Shown in pieces: positions 51,401 to 64,000 of a stretch of 64,000 bases of DNA. The stretch spans positions 121,768,001-121,832,000 of the forward strand of contig JBITNC010000001.1 in NCBI GenBank assembly GCA_050084985.1. The letters run 5' to 3'. Numbering within the stretch: the stretch's first letter is position 1; every line of letters starts with the position of its first letter. A program made the translations under genes and the position numbers. The notes under the pieces were generated by a model. It was not told where the DNA came from. It saw nothing but the letters and a program-made list of their open reading frames with translations, and did no database searches. Source of the DNA: Nageia nagi (Eukaryota; Plantae; Pinophyta).

Positions 51401-54400
51401 TGCTCATATTCCTACTCCAACATCTTCCTTTATAGAGCCTCAAATTATTTAAACATTGCTTTTCACATTTGCATCTTGTTTGTTGCCTCTAAATTTCAAA
51501 TGATTTAAAACACTTATCTCTCCTTATCTAATTTGCTTTTCAAATTAAATAATATTTCTTGCTAATAAAAATTAAAATTTCTCTTTCCCATTATTACTCC
51601 ATAATTACAATTTTCAAATTTGTCATAAGATTTAAATTTTAGAAATTAATTTTAAATATTTTAAATTCTCCCAAACCTTGAAAGTAGTGTCTCAAATGTG
51701 GAATAATATAAATCCAAGTGCAATATTTGATTAAGGATGGTTCACACTAGGCACCAGTGTCCTACATCAAACTTTCTTTTTCAAATTTTCTTCAGCTGGA
51801 ACTGCAGAGGAAGGTATAAAGGGTTACCAGGTTCCTAGAGCTTCTATATGGTAGTTTTTTAAGCAATTCACTCATTTATTTCCTCTGCTTACTATAGGGA
51901 CATTCTACATTTATGATACTCAAAAGAGTCCTTTGTGAAGGATGATGGGTACCTAGGGTATTACTACATATCTAGAGATCTCATCTAGTGGAGAGCCTTT
52001 AGAAGCACAACACAATAGATACACAAAAATAGTTGTTTTTAGACTTCCTTATTAGTTTTTTGTTGGTTAGAGAGACTATGGGAGCCTCTTCACAACATCT
52101 ATGTCATGTAATACAGTGCCAATGTCAGGTCCAGAAGGACATGCCCTACCCATACAAGCATAGACTAAGTGTTTTCTTAAAGTTATGAAATTGCCTACCA
52201 CCACTCAAAATATGAAAGATTGCTTATTCAACTTCTCTAGCTATTCATTTCATTTTCCTTTTCCTCTTATAAAAAGAAGTGTTGAGGTTCATATAAGGAG
52301 GAGAACATTTGATTTCATATGAAACAAATGAAATAGGAGCACTATTTTCTTTAAAAAAATATAATTACACTAAGAGGCATTCCTACAATGGTAGCTAAGG
52401 GGTGGGGAGAGCCAAAATTTCATTTCATCTATATGTCATCATCAACAACCTACTACAAAAAAATTAATATTTACTATTTTTAATAATATGTTTTAGTACA
52501 AAAAGAAATGTTAGTAAATTGAAGGAGAAGGATATGAAGAGGTAAGGATAATGGCTCGCCTTACGAAGATAATCTTCAAAAAAAATATTTTTTCAAGACA
52601 TAAATATATTGAAGTTTGAGTTTTGTTTGAGATTGATATCTCTATGCATTTTTTTATATTTAAGGTATTATATTTTTGTAGTGCTCTTGGAGGCTATCAG
52701 TAAAGGATAAATTTGTAAATTTTTTCTATATTGGTGATATTATTTTTAAGATTGTAATACTCTTTGTTTTACTATCCTTTTTCATATTATGCAAGTTAAA
52801 TGTAGTATTCAGAATTAAACCTTAATCTATAGCATTTAGTAAGATTATTTTGCTCAAGACTCACACCAATTCCATACCTTCTTTTTCTATATATGATTTT
52901 GTTGAATCCAATTAGATCAAGTTCCATCTTATGTACAATTTGAGAAAATTTCTATTTGCCACAAGATTAGATACTTGAACAAAAAAATCTTGTCAAACTC
53001 GGAGTGTAGATATTTTAGACAATGATACATTTGTAGTGATTTTCGTAAGTTACTGTTGATGCTTCCTGATTCCTTTTCTTTTCTTTCATTTTCATTCTTT
53101 CTTTCTTATATTTTTGTTTAAAATCAAATTTTATTTTCAATTAAATTCATAAAATCCTAAAAATGGTCATATAAATCCATTCATTTTAGTAAGGATAAAA
53201 GGCACATAAGATTGAAACAAAACTCCATGTCCTAAAAAGGTGGTGAATAACTACATCTCGCCCATTTGAGTTTCATTCTAAGTGTTTCATATTTTTGTGT
53301 TGCAGTTTTGCATAAACCTTTTTCAAGTGGAGATTGGTAGCATGATCTCACCCATATGTTTGATCATCTTTTCTAAATGTTGCATCAAGATGATATTTTT
53401 AAGTAATAAAGAAATTACCATCAACATAATTGGCATTGGAAGGAGGGCCTTGAATTCAATTTTTTTTTATTGAAGATTTATTTCTTTCAATTTTAGGTAA
53501 ATATTAAAATAAAGGTATGGAATCAAATTTTTTATTTTTTATTTCATATTTTAAAGTCATATTTCTAATGATACTAAATATTTTTCTTTATTGGAATTTC
53601 ATGTCATTAACAAGTCAAATTTTTCAAGTTCCATTATGAATTTGAAATAACTTTTCAAGCTCACATTCAAAGTTCTTGAGATACCTTCAAATCTCGCTTG
53701 TGATAAATCTCTTCTCCTACATTATTTTGTAACAAACTAAATTTTTTTAGGACAATCATGGTTGCAAGGAAGCTATTAACATCAATTTCAAGCAAGTATA
53801 TATCCATTGCAAGCTCAAAGTATAATTTTAACTATCAACCATATGGGTGGAATCAATGTAACCAACTGAATCAAAGGTGGAATTAATATAATGGATTGAA
53901 TAGTCAAAATGTGCTAATCCAAAATACTTTTCTAAATTCCCAAAATCTCTCAAATTTATCATATTTTATGAATCAATGAAATCAACCTTGTTTGTCATCA
54001 AATTCTCAAAACACTTTTAAGTTTTTCAAACACCATTATTCAACAACCTCCAAATTTTGAAATGAACAAATTAAAGTAAGGATTGTTAATTTTGAGCAAT
54101 GAGATAGAACAACTTAAAATACAAAGGTCAAAAATTATATGTTTCATCCAAGTTAATCAAATATTGCTCCAATTGTAAATGTATGTCACAATAATGTTAG
54201 GAATTCTATGCTTAAAAGAGGACAAATAAATAAGGAAAAATAAGTCAATCTAATTATATTGGAACCTTTATACATTCCTCACTTTTCTCTTATCAATAAT
54301 GATAATCAAGTAAAAAATAAAGATTGTTATTTTTTCTTGGATATTAATCAAAACAAGATGAATTGACTATTTGCCTATTTCCTTTGGATGCACAAGAAAT

Positions 54401-55098
54401 ATCCTCAAAATTTTCAATAAAATTTGATGTTTGTATGCAATGCAATGCAAAAAATCTATCTCATTGGAATTATCAATGATGGAAAATTAAGAAAAAAATT
54501 AACCTCACTTTGTTTTGGTCTATGTTGAAGTAAAAGAATTTGATAGATGTATAGTAAATTATAGGTTGTTAGACAATAATATGTTAGTTGGAATTTGTTT
54601 TCCAACCTTTTTTAAGCCCAATGAACATTCCCTTTGTGTTTAATGTATATTTAAAATATAGAAAAAACTCCTCCTTGATCTTTAATTGCAAAATATGCTT
54701 CTCCAAATGTTGTGCTCATATTCCTACTCCAACATCTTCCTTTATAGAGCCTCAAATTATTTAAATATTGCTTTTCACATTTGCATCTTGTTTTTTGCCT
54801 CTAAATTTCAAATGATTTCAAACACTTATCTCTCCTTATCTAATTTGCTTTTCAAATTAAATAATATTTCTTGCTAATAAAAATTAAAATTTCTCTTTCC
54901 CATTATTACTCCATAATTACAAAATTCAAATTTGTCATAAGATTTAAATTTTAGAAATTAATTTTAAATATTTTAAATTCTCCCAAACCTTGAAAGTAGT
55001 GTCTCAAATGTGGAATAATATAGATCCAAGTGCAATATTTGATTAAGGATGGTTCACACTATGCAATAGGTCCTACATCAAACTTTCCTCTTCTCAAA
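48458..55098. repeat. Direct tandem duplication, unit ~3.32 kb (48458-51780 and 51781-~55098)
   Basis: TCAAATTTTCTTCAGCTGGAACTGCAGAGGAAGG occurs at 48458 and 51781. The copies are collinear with only a few percent divergence by eye. Confidence 0.97.
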
Positions 55099-55141
55099 CA
55101 CTACAATTTGGTGCAAAAAGCTCCAACAATATCCTCTAGGG

Positions 55142-58100
55142 TATTGGAATTAGAGCTTAGTCAAAGACCATTCAAGTTGAGATCAACTAGACTTGCAAAA
55201 ATAGATCAATAAACTTTGTGAAGGAAGAATATTTTTTTAAATATATTCAATTGATTCAATTATTTTTGCAGATACCTTTCCAATGAGTATACACATGCCT
55301 ACCTTTGTTAAAGTTTTGACCATCATATTGGGCATTTTACAACAAGATATCCAATATACTATGCCTCACCCCAAGTGTAATGCACCTAGAAACCTATGCA
55401 CCAAATGCAGTGTGCCTTATCATAAGTAAATAGCACTTCAAAACTTCATCCTATATGTAGTACACCTCACCCTAGAAGTAGTGCACCTAAAAATAAAGCA
55501 TGATGGGCTATTTTTGGCATGTGTGGTACTACATTTTCTCATCTTCCAATTTAGATTAGATGCTACTATTTTGGGTGTTAGTTTCACCTAGTTGTTGTTT
55601 AGTATGATAGGACATTTTTACAACATCTAGTTAGATTTTTGGATTGGATTATAATAATTTGTGATCATGAAACTTGAGTTTATATTTAGCATATTATATT
55701 TCTAGGTTTTTTCCAAAACCTATATATGTAATGATTTCATTTTTCAAATCTGTAAAAGTACAATACTTATCATTGTGGTATCAGGTCTTAGTTGAGAGAT
55801 ATAGTAGGTTAGAGAAAACCTTGTGGGTATTGCAAGCATAATAAAAATTCTTTCATGTGTAGTAATAGAGGCCCAAAGTTTTGTTGAATTATTGAGAGTG
55901 TAATGGCTACCAACAACAACACTCTACCTAAAAACCTTTTGTAAAGTGTGAATGAGTTATTTTTAGTTGAGAGTCCATCATAATGGAAGATTGTTGGGAG
56001 GGAAAAGAGGTCCCAAAATTTAATGGTAAATATTATGCTTATTAGATCATAATAATAACAATTTTCTTAATGGCCAAATACCTTTGCAGCATTGTAGAAG
56101 GTAAATATTGAGAACCCCTCACATGGAGCATTATTGGAAAAAAATAAAAGAGGTTGAAGAAAGAGGAGAAATATCAAAATTGCTTCGTTCTTATGGATTT
56201 AAGAAAAGGTATTGAAAATGGTATTTTTCCACTCATTGCAAGTTATGGAATAGCTACAAGTGCATGGAGGATAATACAAGATGCTAATGGGTATGATGAG
56301 GACACTCATGGATATTGTTTAAGCAAAGAGGAGCCTTGTTCTAGACTAGATCACCATTTTGGAGAGGCTTATGAAGACTCATATTATTGTTATGGATAGT
56401 CTTTCTATTATTATTGAGATGCATATATGTTTGAAAAGTGTTAAAGTAAAGGCTCATGTGGAGACATGTCTTATGAAGGCATGCATGATTAGTTCCTTCT
56501 TGAAGATGAGGATGTGAAGAATTCCTTTTCGAAGAAGAGCACAAGAAACTATCTCATTTGGGAGGTGAGAAATATGTAATAGAAAATGAGATGGATAATG
56601 AAGATATAACCAAGGTTGTTGAACTTCAAGTTGCCATGAATTTGAAGCATCAACTATTGGAGAAGAAGATCACTCATTAGGAGCAAAGAATGTTTTGTAT
56701 GAGGAAGATTATCTCAAGGAGGAGAAGGAACATATTGAGATCACTAATGGACTTTATGGTGTAATTTAGGCATTCTCAAAAGAGATTGGAGATTATTTTT
56801 GAAGAGGTAATTATGTATGGATATTACTTACTTAGAGTGATAACAAAGAGTTTTCTTGAAGAGGAAATATTATGCAAAGAGAAACCATGAGAGTTCCTTA
56901 CTATGATTAAAGAAATGGTTGCTTCAAGAGTAACATGGGATCCTACTCACCAAAGCATCATTGGAGTTGATGATTTCTTATTATTTTTTTATTGAATAAT
57001 TATGTTGATGATTTGTTGTTGAGTATATATTTGAAAGATAGCTCTAAGGCTACTATGAATAAAAAGATGGTGTTTATCTTATCAAGGCATCACTTGAATA
57101 TTGTCTTATGGAGATAACATTGCTAAAGAATACTCCTTTGTGATAGGAAAATGGAGGAGAGCTTGGGTTAATTGGAATCAAATGATGGAAACCAAGAATA
57201 TATTGAGGATTTTTGTAAAAAATAGTCATTACATGATTATAATTATGTAAAATTAATTTATTTTATGTGTGAGGTTGCATATGTAAGAAAATATGACCAA
57301 GAATGGTTGATGAGAACCATTACTATTAGCAAAATGTAAAAATAAGAAGCTTTTGATGAAGGGGGAGTAGCTCATCAAAAGGAGACACTTGGTTATCTAC
57401 AATAAGGAGCAACATTAGAGATGGAAGAGATCCCAAACTAAAGGTGGAAGGAGTGCCAATGTGAATTTTTTTTTATTCTTTGATTTTTTGTTGAAAGATT
57501 GGAGAAAATAAAAAATATTAAGGTTCTTCCAAGTTTGTGATTCTTCTAAACTTCTCAAAGAGTCCCTTCAACATCAAGGTGGATCATGTTGGAATCAAAG
57601 CTTAATTGAAGATAATTATAGTTGAAGATCCACTAGAATTACAAAAATAGATCAGTCAACTTTGATAAGGTATACCTTTTTGTAAAGATATACAATTGAG
57701 TTCATTATTTTTTCATTAGATAGTGCTCAAAATCCCTTTACAATGATTATACACATTCTTACCTTTGTTGAAGGTTTGACCATCATATTATGCATTTTAT
57801 GATAGGATGTCCAATCTACTATGCCTCACTCTAGGCACAACATGCCTAGAAACCTATGCACTAGATGTAGTGTGCCTAGAAACATGTGTAATAAGCATAA
57901 TGCACCTCACCACAAATGTAATGCACTTCAAACATTCATCCCAAATGTAGTACATGTCAACCTAGACATAGTGTGCCTAAAAACATAGCTTGATGGGCTA
58001 TTTTTAGCATACACAAGACTACATTTTCTCATCTTCCAGTTTAGATTATATGTTGTTATTTTGGGTGTTAGTTTTGCCTAGTTTTTGTTTACTATGATAG

Positions 58101-58262
58101 GATATTTTTAGAAAATATATTTAGATTTTTAGATTGGATTGTAATAAGTTGTGATCATGCAACTTGAGTTTATATTTAGCATAGTCTATTTTTGAGTTTT
58201 TTCCAAAACCTATATATGTAATGATTTCATTTTTCAAATCAATGAAAGTATAATACTTCTCA
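55142..58262 (+). mobile_element. Non-autonomous copia-derived LTR element (3.1 kb) with gag remnant
   Basis: LTRs at 55142-55772 and 57587-58262; PBS TGGTATCAG at 55776; PPT-like AAGGTGGA before 57587; TSD TAGGG/TAAGG. Internal VPKFNGKYYAY and KGIENGIFPLIA...SAWRII resemble the copia gag N-terminus/UBN2. No pol. Confidence 0.85.
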
Positions 58263-58745
58263 TAAGGGACTAATGAATGAGATATAGTGCCTAAAATGTG
58301 TCTTCAAGGATGAAACAAATCAATTTATGCCTCTAAACTTCCCAAAATTAGAAATAACTCCTCCACATCTTTCTTTAGTAACTCCTTTTTTAGATATTTA
58401 TGCCTAAAACTCAAACCTTTTGGTGATGATACCATTAAAACCACTTATTTTAATTCCTATTATATATTACCTATCAAAATGGAAAGATTAATATCATTAT
58501 GTTATCCTCCATGGGACCAATGAATGAGATCTAGTTCCCAAAATGTGTCTTCAAAGATGTAACAACTTAGTTTATCACCTCTAAACTTCCTAAAATTAGA
58601 AAAAACTCCTCAATGTCTCTCTTTAGTATCTTAATTATCATATCTTGATGCCTAAAAATTTATAATTTTAGGTGTTAATACCATTGTAACTCTTCTTCTA
58701 ATTCCTCTTAGATCTTATCGAACAAAATGGAAAGATTAATACCAT
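58263..58745. repeat. ~250-bp tandem repeat (2 copies, partial third near 58970); target of the 55142-58262 insertion
   Basis: GGGAC(T/C)AATGAATGAGAT...CAAAATGGAAAGATTAATA repeats at ~58266 and ~58513. Confidence 0.75.
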
Positions 58746-59039
58746 TGTGAACTCAAGTAGAAACCACTATGTTGCTTTTCTTTCAAACAACTATAATTAT
58801 TCCAAATTATTCCAATATGATTATAATAACTTGGCTATTAGAAAAAAAAATTGATATCTCTATAAATAGTTTTTACCAGTATGAATTCCTTCTTAGCCTA
58901 ATAGGATGGCAAGAGTTGATACCATGGTGAGTTGCTATCTTCAAATTCTGAAATTTCCCTTTCTTCACAAGATCTTACCTAACAAAATGGAAAGATATCA
59001 ACTCCAAATTGTATTCTAAATCCCTTGACTCCACATGTT

Positions 59040-60589
59040 GGTAGAATAAAAGCTTTTATACTACTATGATGAGCTAAACTAGGGCTCACTTAGATTCTAC
59101 ATAAATCCTCAAATTCTAAAATTAAAATAATAATAAAAAATTACTAAAATATCCTTAGAGGAAGACATCACACTTTGAGCCTTAGATCTAAGGTAAAATG
59201 CTCCCCAATATCCAACATCACACTAAGGAGGGAAAATAGTCAATGAACTAAGCCAATAATCAAGATCTTATGCAAGCATACCAACATCAAAATCTAGAGG
59301 GCATAATCAACTTAAACAACCCTGACATCTGGCTATAGTGGTAAGATATCAATCAATAACAAGTAAATGCTCTTACAAACCCAATGTATAAATAAGGAAA
59401 TCCATACTACATGTAAATAACATAATTATGCACTCCATATCCAACATGTAACCAAGGAGATATAAATACTATGAAATGATAAGTAAATAGTATAATAAAG
59501 GCAAAATGTAATTGTATTTGAATAACAAGTGTAGTAACCTCAGTTACAATGATTGTGCAATGAATACTAATGCTCCAAGGATTAGATCCACACTATGATA
59601 AGGCTTGAAATAGGGCTTCCTCATTCAAAAATATGGTGGAATCTCATAGATCCACTAGCAATGTTCTATTAATCCAAGGGTAATGCCAATACCCCTTAAT
59701 AGATAACTAACAACCTAAGGTGCATTATTATTAAAAGTGTGTGCCCACATAAGTTCTATTTTGTTCCCCATAACATGTACCTAACTTAAAAGAATTGAAT
59801 TAAGGAAGAGCAACACCCAATCCAAGAAGAAGAAATCATAATAATAACATAATTTTATTTTCTTATAAGAATCCTTCTTTTATAGTGTAAGATAGCTTCA
59901 TCATTAATAATGCATTAGGATTAATGTAATCTCATCCAAAGGTTTCCAAGGGTTATTTTTATGCTTTCATATCCCATGCCCAAGATGAGATTCCTTGATA
60001 TGAGTGCAATCACATCCAAGGGCCTTGAATGTTAATGTTGGGTTATGGGAGACTACCTTATGCCTAGGTACCCATACTATCATGCTAAGAGCCTCCAAGG
60101 GATATGTGGATATATTGGGATGCCCAATTACTCATATTAATACCCCATTCCTCTTCTCATGTCCAACATCCAAGTTTGGAAGTTTTCTAATACCTCATAG
60201 TGTATGTAATCACCTTAGTATCATGCTCTATGTTAAAGGGAAGCAATATTACAAAATATGCCCATTTAATACCAATATCACGATCATCAAGGCTTCTCAT
60301 ATGCAACGTATCAAATTATGTGAATAATATTTCATTTAGAATTAATAATTTCCTTGATATTTTTATTACATTATTATTGGCATATTAAAATATTAAATCA
60401 CTTCTAATGCACTAAAATAGGTCCAACTTCTCATAATTGGATTAATTAATTATTCTCCAAGTAGAACTTACAAATAAAGAGCTAAACTACCATTAAAATA
60501 CCAAAATTAAATAAAATAAACCTAAACTAAGTGTTCCCATTTTCCAATGGAAAAATGGGGGAAAATGCTATAAAAATTGGGATGTTACA
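59040..60589. mobile_element. LTR-like segment ending ...TTGGGATGTTACA, interrupting the adjacent integrase
   Basis: Typical gypsy LTR terminus (reverse complement TGTAACATCCC) at 60589, abutting integrase sequence. The left boundary is not established. Confidence 0.4.
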
Positions 60590-62954
60590 TTCTAATTGAT
60601 CCAATCTTGCATATATTTGTTTTTCATTAGTTGTTATACCTTATATGGTGACTCTTAAGGATGGGTTTTCAACTTCCAATGGTAGAACTATCTCATCATC
60701 ATAAACCAATAAATATATATTACATCCTATGGTTGATATAATGTTGTTTCTATAATCCCAAAAAGTGTATATCAATCATTCATGTGATTCAATTCCATGC
60801 TTTGTAACCATCCTGCATAAGATATTTACAATGGTTTTAATTTTGGCCTCAGTAGGAAGTAAGAATCTAAGAAATGTTCCTTAAAAATATACTTTATATA
60901 AAACATCAACAATGATATCATACCTTGTAGTTGTCTTTTTGAGACTTTTTCTTTGGTTATTTACCTTTCAATTATTGGCAATACCCCATCCATGAGATAT
61001 TTATATATATCAACATACCATTAATCATGAGGAACCATCAAGCAAGCATTAGTACTTGGAGCATCAAGAATCTTAAACACATCATAAAAATCAATATCAT
61101 GATATTGATTATTCATAGATATTTTTCAAATGATTGCATCATTAGATTCAACTACAATTAGGGTCAAGGAGGTTACATTAGCCATAGCATTTGAAAATCT
61201 ATTATTATTTTTTATTATACTCTTAATGTGGACTATATCAAAATGAGATTGCAAGATATCTTTAAATAGTTCTTTATAAGGAATACATTTCTCATCCTTT
61301 ATGCTATACTTCATGAATTGATTGATGACCAATTGGGAATCTTCATAGATCTTGATATTTCAAAGCTTAAGCAATGTGGAAGCCTTCAATCTCAAAATCC
61401 AAGCCTTGTACTCAACCATGTTATTTGTACAATCAAATGCCAACTTATATTCTAGTTAAATGATCTTATCTTGTGGTGTAATGAGGATGATACCTACTCA
61501 TGAACCTCTTATGCATTTGTAACCATAAAAATACAATATCCATTCTTTAGTGTCATTTTCATATGTAAATGCCACAACCTCATCTCTGAATTCTTCATGA
61601 CATGGGGCTAACTCACCAAAAGGATTTATGGTAAGAAAATATGTCATAGACTACCCTTTTATAGATTTATGATGCATATAAATAAGATCTAATTCTTTAA
61701 GTAATATGATCCATTTGGGAGTTTTTCCTTGGAGATGGTGTTTAGAGAGGAGATATTTCAATTCATTAGATTGAGAAACCACAAATGTAGCATTGAAAAT
61801 CATGTAGTGTCTTTTTTCATAATCATACAAAATAACATAACATAACTTTTTAATTGAAGAATATTTGACCTCATGCTCAAGTAATGTCTTGGAGATGTAG
61901 TAAATTGATCTTTCTTTTCCATACTCAATGGTTTGTGCAAGCATTACCCCTAATGCATGTTAAGTAGCAAAAATATACAAATAAATAGGATTTGAATGAT
62001 CAAGAGTTAAACAAAGGATTAAGAAAGTACCTTTTCATGTCTTCAAGAGAAAACTAGCATTCATCATCCCAAACAAATTTAGTTTCCTTATTGAGCAAAT
62101 GATGAAAAGATGTAGTCCTATTAGCTAATTATGAGATGAATTTTCATAAGGCTTGCATGTTTTCTTAAAAAAAATCCTTAGTTTCTATATATTTTTTGGA
62201 GGTGGTGTATCAAAGGTGGTTTTAACTTTATTTTGACCAATTTCTATCCTCTCTTTGAAATAATAAAGCCCAACATTTTCCCACTGAAGATACCAAAGAT
62301 ACACTTTTAAGGATTTAATATGAGTTTGTACTATTTTAATATTTCAAAAATAATAGTAATATCCCTTGAGTGATATTCCTTTTTTAATGACTTGACCAAG
62401 ATATCATTCACATATACTTAAATTATTGTATGCATCAAGTCATTAAACATAGCCACCATAACTCTTTGATAAGTAGCTCTTATGTTTTTCAATCCAAATG
62501 GAATAACCTTGTAACAAAATGTACCCTATAGAGTATACAAGGCTATCTTATGCATGTCAACTTTATTATTTTGATAAGATTATATCTTGAAAAACCATCT
62601 ATAAATAAAGAGCTTAATAGCCACCAATATAATCAATAATCATGTCAATATATGAGAGAGGGAAATTATCCTTAGAGTGTGCCTTATTTATATCCCTAAA
62701 ATCAGTGCATTGCCTTACCTCTCTAATTGGATTCATGGATAGAATAATATTGGATAACCATAGAGAATAATCAATAGGATCAATGAAACTAACCTTGATA
62801 TACTTGTCAATATTCTTCTTAACCAAAAGGTACATTTTGGAGTGCATAGGTCTTCTTCTTTATTGAACAAGCTTGGTATCTTCATGGACTACTAGGTTAT
62901 CCACAACAAACTTATGATCAAGACTAGACATATGTTCATAAGCCATGGAAAAAA
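60590..62954 (-). pseudogene. pol: Tat-lineage pol (RT, RH, aRH, internally deleted INT)
   Basis: WLSNI...RQCTDFRDINKA..KDNFPL; YVNDIL catalytic remnant; ERSIYYISKTL...LKYLL...KWIILLKELDL (RH); WILYFYG and DSQLVINQ (aRH); VLPLEVENPSLR (INT). Confidence 0.9.
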
Positions 62955-64000
62955 CACTACAAGAAAATAGGCATCAGACATCAATAATAACGTTAGGTGC
63001 TAGTGTAATATTTTTTGAAGAAATGAAAAATCTCTAATGATATACTTGACATTAACATGTCCATTAGTGTTGACAATTGGCATACCATCATGATTTTTGT
63101 CACCAAATGATAATCTTACTATCATGATTTAAAAATAATGTTATATATATCATCATAAATAATGTAAGATATATCATCAAGAATAATGTCAGATATATGC
63201 TCAAGAAATTAAAATTGAGAAAAAATAAATATTTTTGGTATTTGAAAATGTTTTTGAATATTTTTGTATAAATTATAAATTATTATTTTTAATTTAATTG
63301 AATGAATTTTTAAATTAATTAATTCATTATAATTAATTTTATTGATAATATTTAATTGAATTAAATAAATTTAATTGAATTCAAATAATAATTTGTAAAC
63401 ATGTTAAAAACACAATAAATAGATCATGTATAAAATGGCAAAGTCAAAAATGTCTATAACTATCAAAATTACATAGATGAAAATATATATAATTGTATGT
63501 AAATAAGAATTCATATACATAGATCAAAATGTATGAAAATATCTATAATATGTACACTAATCACTATCATCGTTACTATCATCTAATCTAGAAAGCCTCA
63601 CTACACTCATCATTATCCCCTACTCTATATCTATCACTATCATCATGCTCATTTCCATGGTGTTCTTCCTACAGATCTTTATCCATCACAACCTCCTGAT
63701 CAACAAGAACTATAGAATAATCCTACAAATGATAATTGAATAAATTTAGTAAATAATCAAAAATTAAAAATCATTTCATGAATATCAAATCATAATTTAT
63801 TAATTAATTAATAGCACATAAATTATTACAAATCAAACATTCAATATTATTAGTGTATAGAAAGAAAACTAGTATCAAATTATTTAAGTTAAATTTTTAC
63901 TAACTCACATTAAATATTTACTAACCTAATAAATAGAATATAAGTCAAATTTGTAATTATAACTTGAGTTGAAGTTTTAGCGACCTAAGTATAATATAAA
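62955..64000. mobile_element. Terminus of a CACTA/EnSpm DNA transposon inserted into the Tat RT; extends beyond the window
   Basis: Canonical CACTACAAGAAAA at 62955 exactly truncates the RT N-terminus. Subterminal repeats AATAATGT..GATATAT at 63135-63200. An acidic terminal-exon-like segment at 63555-63722(-) is followed by intron-like AT-rich DNA. Confidence 0.8.

Noticed and set aside
48772-55212. Short ORFs in the duplicated unit
   Set aside because: Frames are not conserved between the two copies and show no recognisable domains.

Overview
AT-rich eukaryotic DNA with strong CG and CHG depletion. It looks like intergenic heterochromatin of a large-genome seed plant; a gymnosperm is likely, but that is inference. 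Almost the whole window is nested, decayed transposons. These are several Ty3/gypsy Tat-type elements (RT-RH-aRH-INT order, one with an antisense plant-mobile-domain ORF), a complete chromovirus (Reina-like) element with TSD, a Tork/Tnt1-like Ty1/copia element carrying two insertions, two non-autonomous LTR elements with TSDs, two CACTA-like remnants and a small TIR element. I can support no intact protein-coding gene, rRNA or tRNA. The only non-TE island is about 46.9-48.4 kb: a fragmented PLS-class PPR pseudogene with an internal hairpin, next to a CpG-retaining segment with a 105-aa ORF. A relatively recent 3.3-kb tandem duplication follows it. The most interesting signals are (i) a repeated, apparently covarying H-type pseudoknot and hairpin module in the Tat 3' region, (ii) a MITE with an atypical 6-7 bp TSD, and (iii) the fragmented-PPR/CpG island, which could be a small-RNA locus. 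All coordinates were read by eye; boundaries without a TSD are approximate.
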